Shown here: piece by piece, positions 17,166 to 25,671 of the stretch
How positions within the stretch are numbered: position 1 is the first letter of the stretch
How the letters are laid out: every line of letters begins with the position of its first letter
IMG/VR virus record: IMGVR_UViG_3300020045_008688
Location: 1-33,410 of that record
From: a virus
Taxonomy: Duplodnaviria > Caudoviricetes
Length of the DNA: 33,410 bases
Direction: 5' to 3' (one strand)
Notes under the pieces: model-generated
Databases searched by the model: none
Told to the model about the DNA's origin: nothing
Seen by the model: only the letters and a program-made list of their open reading frames with translations
Position numbers and translations under genes: made by a program

Positions 17166-17676
17166 ACTATTGTTCCTGGTACTTGTGATATTTGTTGCTT
17201 TTGGTTGTAAAACGACTAAACAGGCTACAAAAATGAATACTGAAGTAAAAACAGAACTAAATGCCGACGTAAAAACATCTGCTGAAACTAAAGCAGCTGT
17301 TGAAATTAAAACGGTGGCTACCGACAAGGGTGTGACTGCTACCAGTACGAATACAAAGGTAACTGAAACCCAATTTTCAGAACCTGACGCAAACGGCAAA
17401 CAGCATCCTACTAGCCAAAAGGTTACGGAACAAACCACGAATACTAATAAGGCAGCTGACGCTAAGATAGAGACTCAAGCTAAATCGGAAAACGAAACAA
17501 AAGCAAAAACAGTTGATAAATCGGACTTTAAATCTGATGTTACATCTAAGGCTGAGGACAAAAAAACAAATGAAACGGAAACGCCTGGCTTTATTACGGG
17601 GTTGGCTTATTTGCTTGGTTTTGCTGGCATTGGACTGATTGTGTATTTGCTGAAAAGATTTGGAGTGATAAAATAA
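17155..17676 (+). CDS. Unimolecular spanin-like lipoprotein
   Basis: N-terminal lipoprotein signal (VAFG-C), T/K/E-rich periplasmic region, C-terminal TM helix with basic tail; follows holin. Confidence 0.7.
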   Translation: MKTKLLFLVLVIFVAFGCKTTKQATKMNTEVKTELNADVKTSAETKAAVEIKTVATDKGVTATSTNTKVTETQFSEPDANGKQHPTSQKVTEQTTNTNKAADAKIETQAKSENETKAKTVDKSDFKSDVTSKAEDKKTNETETPGFITGLAYLLGFAGIGLIVYLLKRFGVIK

Positions 17677-17705
17677 AACGCGATATGGAAATCGCGAGAC
17701 CCGAT

Positions 17706-17975
17706 ATGAAGGTACTACAAGGACAAACATTAATCGATATAGCTGTTCAAGAGCTTGGTTCTGCTGAGGCAGCGTATGGTTTGGCCGTGCTTAATAATTT
17801 GTCCGTAACTGATGAATTAGTTCCTGGACAAGAACTGCAATTGCCAACGGTGACTAATAGGTCAATATCCGACTATTATAACAACAAAGGAATTAAGCCG
17901 GCGACTTCTGAAACTGTAATAATTACTGATGTTTCACGCGTATTTTTTGAAGAATTATCAATTGAATTTACCTAA
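17706..17975 (+). CDS. LysM / tail X-like baseplate protein
   Basis: V.QGQTL.DIA.Q..GS......LA.LN...TD.L.PGQ.L.LP; start probably MKVLQ at 17706. Confidence 0.85.
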   Translation: MKVLQGQTLIDIAVQELGSAEAAYGLAVLNNLSVTDELVPGQELQLPTVTNRSISDYYNNKGIKPATSETVIITDVSRVFFEELSIEFT

Positions 17976-17980
17976 TTAAT

Positions 17981-18823
17981 ATGACTGCAAGAACATTTAT
18001 AGAACTACTGACAGCTACGCGACAAGCTTTCATTGAGAACCTGACGCTGCAAGCTCATTACGGGCTTGATGCTGCAAAAACGTGGGATGAACAATTTAGT
18101 AAGGTAAGTTTTGAGGGTGCATTGACTTATGTTTTTTCGTATTGCATTTGGATTTATGAGTCTATTGTTTTTGCCAAAGCTGACGAAATTACAGCGACCA
18201 TTTCCGCTAAGCATGAATTCTCAATTCCGTGGTATACGGCTATTTCTAAGGCTTTTCAACTTGGTGACGCGCTGGTTTATAATGACGCAACCTATAGGCA
18301 TGATTATCCGGTGTTTGATGAAAGTAAGCAAATAGTGAAGTTTACAACGATACGTCAACGGCAAATTACAGGTGTTACAAAGCTTCAGGTGTTTGCCACT
18401 AAGGCTAATAAAGTGGCTTTGACGGTTGACGAACTGGCTGCATTTTCGGCCTATATAGCTTTGCAAGGTGCTGCCGGAACTCACTTTCAGTTTATCAGTT
18501 TAGCTCCTGACCAATTGGTTATTAACCTGACTGTTTATTATGACCCACAAATATTGACGGCAGCGGGTGCAAAATTGAGTGACGGCACTAAGCCGGTGGA
18601 GCTGGCCGTGAATGATTATTTGAACGCAATAAAATACGGTGGTGTATTTAATCGCACAAAATGTACTGATAAAATACAGGAGGCCGCTGGTGTGAATGAT
18701 GTGGTGATGGGTGATGTTAGATTGAACGGTGACTTGAGTAACGGGCGTGAGTTTGAAAGTGCCTCCGGATTTTATAATGCTCAAACGATAACAGTGACTT
18801 ACGTGCCGAACTATGCTAATTAA
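17981..18823 (+). CDS. Baseplate wedge protein (gpJ-like)
   Basis: WY......FQ.GD.L, AG......S..PD, YYDP, V..A...YL.....GG.F....D.IQ...GV. Confidence 0.8.
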   Translation: MTARTFIELLTATRQAFIENLTLQAHYGLDAAKTWDEQFSKVSFEGALTYVFSYCIWIYESIVFAKADEITATISAKHEFSIPWYTAISKAFQLGDALVYNDATYRHDYPVFDESKQIVKFTTIRQRQITGVTKLQVFATKANKVALTVDELAAFSAYIALQGAAGTHFQFISLAPDQLVINLTVYYDPQILTAAGAKLSDGTKPVELAVNDYLNAIKYGGVFNRTKCTDKIQEAAGVNDVVMGDVRLNGDLSNGREFESASGFYNAQTITVTYVPNYAN

Positions 18824-19475
18824 TTTATATACCCTCATACGCAACCTTCTTATCACGTTTGCGCGTGATATAAAGTTGGTGGAGCTTGTCCGGGTGCTGA
18901 CTGGTGAGGCCGAAAAGGCATTTAATGAGTTCACCTCGCGCGTGGCTGATTGGAACTATAAGATAAATGCTAATGCTTCTACAATTTCGCTTGAGCATCA
19001 TATTAAACGTGAGTTGGATGTGGACGCTGTGATTACAGAGCTGGAAGGAACGCCGATTGATTTTTTGGTGACTATTAGTGGTTTTGTTGATGAAAATAGG
19101 CTTCGGGTTCTGATTGATAGTTATAAATTGGCAGGTAGAAGCTATGTATTTGTTGCGGGTAGTGAGTTCTTTTCTGCGAAATTTAGTAATTGGAGTTGTG
19201 AGAGCTTATTTGAAGATAATCTGCTAACAGTACATTTTGACACTACTCATATATGGGTTACAAGCGCTGTGGCTGTTGGTTCTGATGTGGTTGTGTCTGT
19301 TCGCGTTGACATCACTGGCAGACCGTCGCAAAATAAACAGGTAACAATAGCTAATGCCGCTACTGAGTCTAATCACTTGACAATTGTTGACGGCGCTTAT
19401 TTTATAGACATTTCGGCTGCTGAGGTAACGGATGCTGCGCCTGGTCAAGACACATTTTATAATTATACATTTTAA
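18813..19475 (+). CDS. Baseplate protein (gpI/Mu gp48-like) with C-terminal extension
   Basis: SLEH, DF.V, ID.YKLAGR.Y; follows gpJ-like gene. Confidence 0.7.
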   Translation: MLINLYTLIRNLLITFARDIKLVELVRVLTGEAEKAFNEFTSRVADWNYKINANASTISLEHHIKRELDVDAVITELEGTPIDFLVTISGFVDENRLRVLIDSYKLAGRSYVFVAGSEFFSAKFSNWSCESLFEDNLLTVHFDTTHIWVTSAVAVGSDVVVSVRVDITGRPSQNKQVTIANAATESNHLTIVDGAYFIDISAAEVTDAAPGQDTFYNYTF

Positions 19476-19478
19476 AGG

Positions 19479-19781
19479 ATGGCACAAACAGGGATGGAGC
19501 GGTCGATGACCGTAGCAATTACGAAAATGATAGGCGGCGTGATGCAGCCGGGTTACCCGGCCACTTATCAGGGTAGGAATGCATTTAGTTTTAATTCTAT
19601 TGACTATGCAGCTATTGATGTAACAACAATGACATCAATGTCGGTACTGGATTATAACGAGCGCCTGACGGCTTTTCAGAGCTACGTTGAAGCTAGAGAA
19701 GTTGGGCTTCATTTTGCAACTGATGTGGTGCCAGGATTCGAGGCCTATAAAGAGAACTTAACTTCATGTCCAATTGACTAA
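19479..19781 (+). CDS. Hypothetical tail-associated protein
   Basis: 100-aa ORF tightly packed between baseplate and tailspike. Confidence 0.65.
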   Translation: MAQTGMERSMTVAITKMIGGVMQPGYPATYQGRNAFSFNSIDYAAIDVTTMTSMSVLDYNERLTAFQSYVEAREVGLHFATDVVPGFEAYKENLTSCPID

Positions 19782-19794
19782 TAAATAAACATAT

Positions 19795-22203
19795 ATGGCA
19801 ACTATTCAAAGTATTTTAAATAAAATAGCCTCGATGGCTAATAGGACCGGCTTATTCTCTATTCAGAAATCTGAGTTTTTTGACACCTTAACTGACATCA
19901 CCAATAAGGTGAAGGAGGTGAACGATAATGTGAATAGCGTTAGTAAGTCGCTCATATGGCAAAGTCCGGTGGCGAATTTTGCGGCGTTGGCTACGACTTA
20001 TCCAACTCCTGCTGTGGGGTGGGCTGCGATGGTGACTTCGCTTGGTTTTATTTATAGTTGGAATGGTAGCGCGTGGAAGGATACGGGGTTGAATAGTTTT
20101 CCGGGGGATGTGTTGACGAAGGGGACTGATGAAATATACACTGAAATCTTAAGTAAAAACTTATTCAACAAAGATGCGGTAGTAATGGGCTTTTATTTGA
20201 ATCAAACAAATGGCGCTTTGGTCGCATCTGCAAATTATTACACTTCAGATTACATTCCTACTTCTCAGTTAACTAGCTACGTTGCAAACTCATTTGCGTT
20301 TATCGTTTTTTATGACGCGTCAAAAATATATTTAAGTGGAATTACGGCTGCTGGTCAAACCGCAATTTCAACGCCTGCAAATGCGGCATATTTTAGAATT
20401 TCTCAAAGTGTAAATATTACTGCATTAAATATAATGCAAGTTGAGATAGGTAGCATTGCAACTAGCTATGCAGCGTTTGGTTTCAAAGAAAAATATCAAC
20501 AAAAAGAAACAAATACACTTACTGCAATAACCGCAAAAAGATACGGAACAGCTGGCGTAGATGCCGATTTTATAGGTCAATTTGCTATTCAAAACGCTAT
20601 TGATTCAATTACTGATGCTAGTGAAACAAAACAGTATGAAGTTGTATTTACAGGTATTTTTGAAGCTTTGCAAACGACTGATTTCAAAAAAGGAGATCAG
20701 GTTGGCGCTGGTCAAAAGCATTTTATTGAAGGGAAAAGCTTTGTCCATTTAAGAGGGGTCGGAAAAGATGAAAGTGTTATCAAAATAAACCTTCCTAGCA
20801 ACTTAGGTGCTGGATTTGCATATTCTTTGTATAACGGAATATTGTGGAATGCTAACGCAAACTTAACCGACTTTTCCATTTCTGGAGAAAATTGCCGATA
20901 TTCTATTCACATAGACGGGGGGCAATTGGGCTGCAAGGATTTTAATCAAACAATAAAAGGCTGTAGACCATTCGCTAAAAATACAGGCGATGCCTTGAAT
21001 TGGAGTTCTAACAGAGCTTTGGGCGTTGGAATGTCGGATGGTCATACTCTTAATATCGAAGATTGCGAAATCGAAAGCAAGCAACCTCTTTATTTTCACA
21101 CAAATAAAAATTTCTCAAAACCAAGCCGTGTTAATTATAAGAGAACGCACTTAATATTGCCTGAAAGCCTAGAAACAGAAGTAATTGTAATTCAATCTTT
21201 AGGTTCTCGTAAGAGAGATTTACTTACGGTCGATAACTGTATAGTTGATGGTGGCATTTTGTCAATCAGCGACTCACCTTGGATTCCCGAATCTCTAGCT
21301 GATCAATTAGCAGATCATGCAGAGATTGACGCCAATTTGGCTAGTCAACTGCCTATGGCTGTAACTACAAGTTTTGGAAGTAGGGCTTTGAAAATTGCTA
21401 GTAAATCAGTTGGAGCAGGGAGCACCGTGTATTTTGACAAAAATTCTTCAGCGTTTGATTTGATAATCGGAAATTCACTACAAGCTACTGAAATAAAGAA
21501 TAAATACAACAGAAAACAGATTTATGGGTATCAGTATAAAATTGGGGGTGTGGCTGTTGGTTATGCAATTGGTTCACTTGATATAGCTCAACATTTAGTT
21601 GGAGTAAGTTTGAATAAGTATATTGGTGCGCTTGGTAAGAGGCTTGGTGACTGTTCTGTTACGAATAAAACGCTAACTGTAATTATTGATGGTACAACTT
21701 ACAATATTGTTTTCAATAAAAATTACAACGGAACTGCCGAAACAGTAGCGCCTACTTATTCAAATACTCAAATCATAGCTGAAATAACAGCCGTAATTGG
21801 TGCTGTAGCAACTGTTACAGAATTTGACATTAGTAGTGAGTACTATCCGAATTTCAAAAGCTTAAAAAGCATGATCAATGCAGACACTACAGAGGTTTAT
21901 GCCGGAATGGGAGTTGTGTTTACGAGTTTAAAACAATTCAGAAAGGCTTTAAGTACCGACTTGCGAGTTGATGGTATAGTACTCGATTATGGCGAAATTG
22001 GCGACAAATGTAGAGTGATAGCAGGCGGTGAAATTTACGCTCAAATAAGTGCTAAACGTTTTTCGATTAAGGAGATAAATACTTTCTCTTACAATGTTGG
22101 CGATGGTGCAGGGATTTCTTCGACAACGCCTGGCACATTCGACCGATCGGCTGCAACTAAATTGCTGATTTGTACTTCTGCTAATATATTGAAGATAAAA
22201 TAA
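19795..22203 (+). CDS. Tail fibre/tailspike with predicted beta-helix (pectin-lyase-like) depolymerase domain
   Basis: 802 aa; N-terminal anchor (L.T.YP.P..GWA), KNLFNK...P.NAAYFR.S module, IQNAIDSI plus LRGVGKD.SVI beta-helix entry. Confidence 0.75.
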   Translation: MATIQSILNKIASMANRTGLFSIQKSEFFDTLTDITNKVKEVNDNVNSVSKSLIWQSPVANFAALATTYPTPAVGWAAMVTSLGFIYSWNGSAWKDTGLNSFPGDVLTKGTDEIYTEILSKNLFNKDAVVMGFYLNQTNGALVASANYYTSDYIPTSQLTSYVANSFAFIVFYDASKIYLSGITAAGQTAISTPANAAYFRISQSVNITALNIMQVEIGSIATSYAAFGFKEKYQQKETNTLTAITAKRYGTAGVDADFIGQFAIQNAIDSITDASETKQYEVVFTGIFEALQTTDFKKGDQVGAGQKHFIEGKSFVHLRGVGKDESVIKINLPSNLGAGFAYSLYNGILWNANANLTDFSISGENCRYSIHIDGGQLGCKDFNQTIKGCRPFAKNTGDALNWSSNRALGVGMSDGHTLNIEDCEIESKQPLYFHTNKNFSKPSRVNYKRTHLILPESLETEVIVIQSLGSRKRDLLTVDNCIVDGGILSISDSPWIPESLADQLADHAEIDANLASQLPMAVTTSFGSRALKIASKSVGAGSTVYFDKNSSAFDLIIGNSLQATEIKNKYNRKQIYGYQYKIGGVAVGYAIGSLDIAQHLVGVSLNKYIGALGKRLGDCSVTNKTLTVIIDGTTYNIVFNKNYNGTAETVAPTYSNTQIIAEITAVIGAVATVTEFDISSEYYPNFKSLKSMINADTTEVYAGMGVVFTSLKQFRKALSTDLRVDGIVLDYGEIGDKCRVIAGGEIYAQISAKRFSIKEINTFSYNVGDGAGISSTTPGTFDRSAATKLLICTSANILKIK

Positions 22204-22207
22204 AAGC

Positions 22208-22363
22208 ACGGAGGTAATAAAAAGCCTCCGTCTCCACACGGTTAGTTTCTCAGGCATAACCGAATAGTAAAGGTGCAACAACACCACGACGAAGGCTTAA
22301 ATGCCTTTGAAGTTGGTGTTGTTGCACCTTTTTTTTATTTGCCTGATAAGCGATACAAAAGTA
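22208..22363 (+). promoter_or_regulatory. Structured leader/attenuator upstream of DNA methylase, with antisense -7 box
   Basis: 18-bp stem 22269-22286/22314-22331 with U-run; competing helices; TACTTTTG on minus strand at 22356-22363. Confidence 0.6.
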
Positions 22364-22380
22364 GGTATTATTAATTATAT

Positions 22381-22892
22381 ATGAAAATGAAAACAAAAAA
22401 TCACATTCAAGCCCCGCTGCCGTTTCAGGGTCAAAAAAGACGGTTTTTATCAGAGTTTAAAGTAGCTTTAAAGGACTTTAAGAGTGCACCAATGTTTGTT
22501 GACCTGTTTGGTGGTTCGGGGTTGCTGGCACATACGGTTAAGCAAATGTACCCGGATGCGGACGTGGTGTATAACGATTTTGATAGTTATCACCTTCGGC
22601 TGGCCAATATAGAGCGTACCAATGCGCTGCTGGCTCAGTTTCGGGTTATACTACCTACTCAAGCTACTGGCGACTTGGTAACTACCTTGATGTGCTGACG
22701 GTTCTGAAGGGTACTAACTATTTTTATTTTACGTCGAATAAGTCGAGTATTTTGGAGTTTTGCGAGTGGGTTGAAAAGAATCTAGGTGCTGAGAATCCGT
22801 TTAGAGGTGCGGTTAAAAAAGAAGTGGCTGCTAGAATGAACCATAATGCGGGGTATGTGGATATAATGCTTTATAAGAAACAAAACCCCTAA
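22381..22892 (+). pseudogene. D12-class (Dam-like) N6-adenine methyltransferase, internally deleted and frameshifted
   Basis: N-part APLPFQGQKR, FVDLFGGSGLL, VYNDFD; C-part TTYSSYWRLGNYLDVLTVLKGTNYFYFTSNKS in another frame from about 22650; no DPPY motif. Confidence 0.8.
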
Positions 22893-22910
22893 CCCCTGAA
22901 GGGGAAAATG

Positions 22911-22943
22911 AAAAGCCCTGGCATTTGATTTGCCAGGGCTTTT
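22911..22943. terminator. Bidirectional intrinsic terminator between converging late and early operons
   Basis: AAAAGCCCTGGCA-TTTGATT-TGCCAGGGCTTTT. Confidence 0.85.
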
Positions 22944-22944
22944 G

Positions 22945-23394
22945 TTATTGGGGTAAGTGGGGTTGTTCTATTTTCATTCTTTGTTTGCCTAGGGCTTCGT
23001 ATTTGTTGAGCCAATTTATTAGTAACCGACGGTCGGGTGTGCTCAGGTACATGACCAAATTGCGATGTATTATTATGCTTGTTCCTGTTAGTTCCTGGGC
23101 GGTGGTTATGAAATTATATTTTTCTTCAGCTCGAGTCCATTTGCCTGAATCATAAACATACACCGGATAATAAAGTGTCAGCGTTTCGCCAGCAGCTGTT
23201 TTTGTTTTTGTGTCCGTTGGCTTGCTGTCAGATAGTACATACTTCAACATGTTGGTTTCGCGTGCCACTGTGAGCCTTAGAATTGGCATATCATTGAATG
23301 TTTTTGCACTGTCTATCTGAGTGTTTAATGCTTCATTTTGTGCCGGTGCAATGAGTGATGCGAGTAGAAAACAGGAAAGGATTAGTTTTTTCAT
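22945..23394 (-). CDS. Exported hypothetical protein (moron-like)
   Basis: Signal peptide MKKLILSCFLLASLIAPAQ from 23394; possible own -7 box (TACATTTG, minus) just upstream. Confidence 0.65.
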   Translation of the reverse strand: MKKLILSCFLLASLIAPAQNEALNTQIDSAKTFNDMPILRLTVARETNMLKYVLSDSKPTDTKTKTAAGETLTLYYPVYVYDSGKWTRAEEKYNFITTAQELTGTSIIIHRNLVMYLSTPDRRLLINWLNKYEALGKQRMKIEQPHLPQ

Positions 23395-23431
23395 GGCTGT
23401 AGTTTTTTTTGCAAATGTAGTTATTTTGTTT

Positions 23432-23815
23432 TTATAAATGCCCCTCACGAATCACTTTATCACTATATGTTTCTTCTTGCGATTTGATATAGTTGTAAAT
23501 ATCATTCCAGTGTGGTAAGCCTCCAATTTGCTTATCGTCAATGTATAAATGGGCGAAAACTTTTCGGGCTGAATAACCATATAATTCTGTTATTCCGGGT
23601 TTGTGTTCATTCACCTGGTCGAATGGTATTTCGTTATTTAGAAGCCAGTTCACCATGTCGGTTTGTGGTTTGCCTTCTCTGCATGTCCAAATGATAATGT
23701 AATGGCCATCTTTTTTCAATTGCCTCATACTTTCTATTGAATTGGGGCGGGGTTCTCCAATGTTTGGCCAGTTTCCGGTGTGAAGTGTGCCGTCAAAATC
23801 TACTGCTAATATCAT
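23432..23815 (-). CDS. HAD-superfamily hydrolase (BT0820-like)
   Basis: ILAVDFDGTL, IIWTCR, RK.FA.LYIDD. Confidence 0.9.
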   Translation of the reverse strand: MILAVDFDGTLHTGNWPNIGEPRPNSIESMRQLKKDGHYIIIWTCREGKPQTDMVNWLLNNEIPFDQVNEHKPGITELYGYSARKVFAHLYIDDKQIGGLPHWNDIYNYIKSQEETYSDKVIREGHL

Positions 23816-23936
23816 ATAATGTAATTTTAAGTTGTTTTTGTTCTTCTATTTCTGCTAAAAACTTATTATCAAATGTAAGTAACCACTCTATTTGAGCGTC
23901 TATCTCAATGATTTGTAGAGCGGTTTCTTTGGTCAT
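23793..23936 (-). CDS. Small hypothetical protein (47 aa), not in ORF track
   Basis: ATGA overlap with upstream stop; MTKETALQIIEIDAQIEWLLTFDNKFLAEIEEQKQLKITLYDISSRF. Confidence 0.45.
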   Translation of the reverse strand: MTKETALQIIEIDAQIEWLLTFDNKFLAEIEEQKQLKITLYDISSRF

Positions 23937-24226
23937 TTGTAATTGTTTATAATGTATTCGTGTAGTTCGTCAATTGTGCGTACATCGCACACTGTTTTGT
24001 ACTTGTTTTTGCCATTTAAGTAGGTGCGTTCTGTTATTCCTAGCCTTTTTGAGCATGCATCAAAGCTTATGCGGATTATTTTGCTTTTACGGTCATCAAA
24101 TACTTTACCGTAGCTTATAATTTCCTCTTCACCGCTTACTAGATTTATATCTCTTATGTTTCGCCAACCATTGAATTTCCACATGATTGGGGTTTTTAGG
24201 TTTTGAAAGAAGTATTCGTAGGTCAT
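23933..24226 (-). CDS. Hypothetical protein
   Basis: Tightly packed ORF in early operon. Confidence 0.6.
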   Translation of the reverse strand: MTYEYFFQNLKTPIMWKFNGWRNIRDINLVSGEEEIISYGKVFDDRKSKIIRISFDACSKRLGITERTYLNGKNKYKTVCDVRTIDELHEYIINNYK

Positions 24227-24229
24227 TTG

Positions 24230-24418
24230 TTACAATTGTAAGTCATTGACGTATGCTAAATTTCTAAGTTCTTCTGCTTTTTCAGAAAAATTAGAATCGC
24301 CATAAGCCATTGAGTTTCCACATTGCTCACGTTGCATATTCTCAGCTTTCATCCCTTCGATTTCCGCTTGAATAGCAAGAATTAATGCTAATCGTTTTAC
24401 GTTATAAAAATTTTCCAT
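24230..24418 (-). CDS. Small conserved-looking phage protein
   Basis: A.IEGMKAEN..R...G.S.AY....F motif recalled from small phage proteins. Confidence 0.7.
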   Translation of the reverse strand: MENFYNVKRLALILAIQAEIEGMKAENMQREQCGNSMAYGDSNFSEKAEELRNLAYVNDLQL

Positions 24419-24443
24419 TTTGATATGTTTTTGATATGATTAG

Positions 24444-24514
24444 TTTGCAGGCCATCGCTATGGTTGTCTGTTTGGGACTAATGCAGCGGGTCAAGGCTGC
24501 AAAAGCCGTTTGTT
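24444..24514 (-). repeat. 71-bp structured intergenic direct repeat, copy 1
   Basis: 67/71 identical to 25351-25421. Confidence 0.9.
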
Positions 24515-24531
24515 GTTTAATTTAGCAGTCG

Positions 24532-24840
24532 TTATAAAACTGGCTGTGAGGTGTCTACGTTGAATGTAATAGTTTCGCCGAAATCATGAAGTTCGCCTCT
24601 AAGGTCACAAATATTTTGTTCTACAGCCTTGTAATAAGGGCAATGGTTATTACATTCAGTGTGTTCAATAACCGTTGTCATTTCGGAACACCAAATAAAT
24701 TCAGGATTATCCAAATCGGGTATTGCTTCGATAAGCTCAATTTCATTTAATTTTTCTTGTTTTGCATTTTCGATATGAAAATCAAGTGGATGACAAGTGT
24801 TTGAATCCTCATCTAAGAAATACTGTTTTTTTCTTTCCAT
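24532..24840 (-). CDS. Cys-rich hypothetical protein
   Basis: Likely start MERKK at 24840; WC...C...CP.Y...C. Confidence 0.65.
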   Translation of the reverse strand: MERKKQYFLDEDSNTCHPLDFHIENAKQEKLNEIELIEAIPDLDNPEFIWCSEMTTVIEHTECNNHCPYYKAVEQNICDLRGELHDFGETITFNVDTSQPVL

Positions 24841-24844
24841 AGTT

Positions 24845-25297
24845 TTAGGCAGCTTTAGGAGTTTCTTCAGGTGCTTTAAATGGATATACATCAAGAATAT
24901 CTGTTTCTTTAATTGACGCAATTTTGTAGTCGGCCATAGTGCCTTTCATGCCTTCTATTAAGCCGTCCCATGCTTCTTTTACGGTGTTGGCCTGTACAAA
25001 CATGGTGCTGGCGGTGCGTTTTTCAATTCCTTTTTCTTCATCCAATGAGGTAAACCACACTTTGCTGCGATACCAGGTGTCACCATTTTCGTTGGCAAAT
25101 AGTTCGTTGATACGAGCCCTGCGAACTCCTGACACAATGAATTCGCCACTTATAAAGGGTTTCATTTCTTCATTGATACGCGCTTCGGCTTCGGTAAATG
25201 ACAAGGCATCTACCAAGTAAGATTCACACACTTTTACGATTTTGCCTTCTTCAGCAGTTTTCTCGTACTTAATTTTACATTCGAACCAATTGAGCAT
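24845..25297 (-). CDS. DUF4494-family protein
   Basis: WFECKIKYEK..E.G...KV.E.YLVDALSFTEAEARI.EEM.PFISGEF ... ET.ILDVY. Confidence 0.85.
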   Translation of the reverse strand: MLNWFECKIKYEKTAEEGKIVKVCESYLVDALSFTEAEARINEEMKPFISGEFIVSGVRRARINELFANENGDTWYRSKVWFTSLDEEKGIEKRTASTMFVQANTVKEAWDGLIEGMKGTMADYKIASIKETDILDVYPFKAPEETPKAA

Positions 25298-25350
25298 AAT
25301 AAATTTGTTTTAAAGGGTTTTTAAAGAGATACAACCATTGTATCTGTACT

Positions 25351-25421
25351 TTTGCAGGCCATCGCTATGTTTATCTGCTTGGGACTAATGCAGCGGTTCA
25401 AGGCTGCAAAAGCCGTTTGTT
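25351..25421 (-). repeat. 71-bp structured intergenic direct repeat, copy 2
   Basis: See copy 1. Confidence 0.9.
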
Positions 25422-25671
25422 AGTCTATTTTGTCCTCAACTATGATAAATCCGCAAGGAATCTTTTTTATTTCAATGATAGTGACTTGTAGTGTTCCGTA
25501 TTCAGGCTTCTTTAATCGTGTTGACACTAATTCAATTACCTGCTGTTTTATCTTTTCATCTTTGCAAGTTTTGCCTGTAGGGATAAATATACCTGTAGAG
25601 GTTAGTGGCTTGTATCTTACCGGACTTCCCTTTTCGGTAATGATTTCAGCTTTGTATCTTACTTTGTACAT
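25420..25671 (-). CDS. Hypothetical protein
   Basis: Overlaps upstream gene end; early operon orientation. Confidence 0.6.
   Translation of the reverse strand: MYKVRYKAEIITEKGSPVRYKPLTSTGIFIPTGKTCKDEKIKQQVIELVSTRLKKPEYGTLQVTIIEIKKIPCGFIIVEDKID

Noticed and set aside
17685-17705. N-terminal MEIARPD extension of the LysM protein
   Set aside because: Encoded by the REP-like element; the domain begins at the ATG at 17706
22640-22700. Programmed frameshift in the methylase
   Set aside because: No slippery site, and the catalytic segment is missing in all frames, so a deletion explains it better
24478-24510. Twister ribozyme (TAATGCAGC...GGTTCAAG..GC resemblance on + strand)
   Set aside because: I could not build the P2 stem or both pseudoknots, and it is antisense to the operon. 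A covariance-model search is needed.
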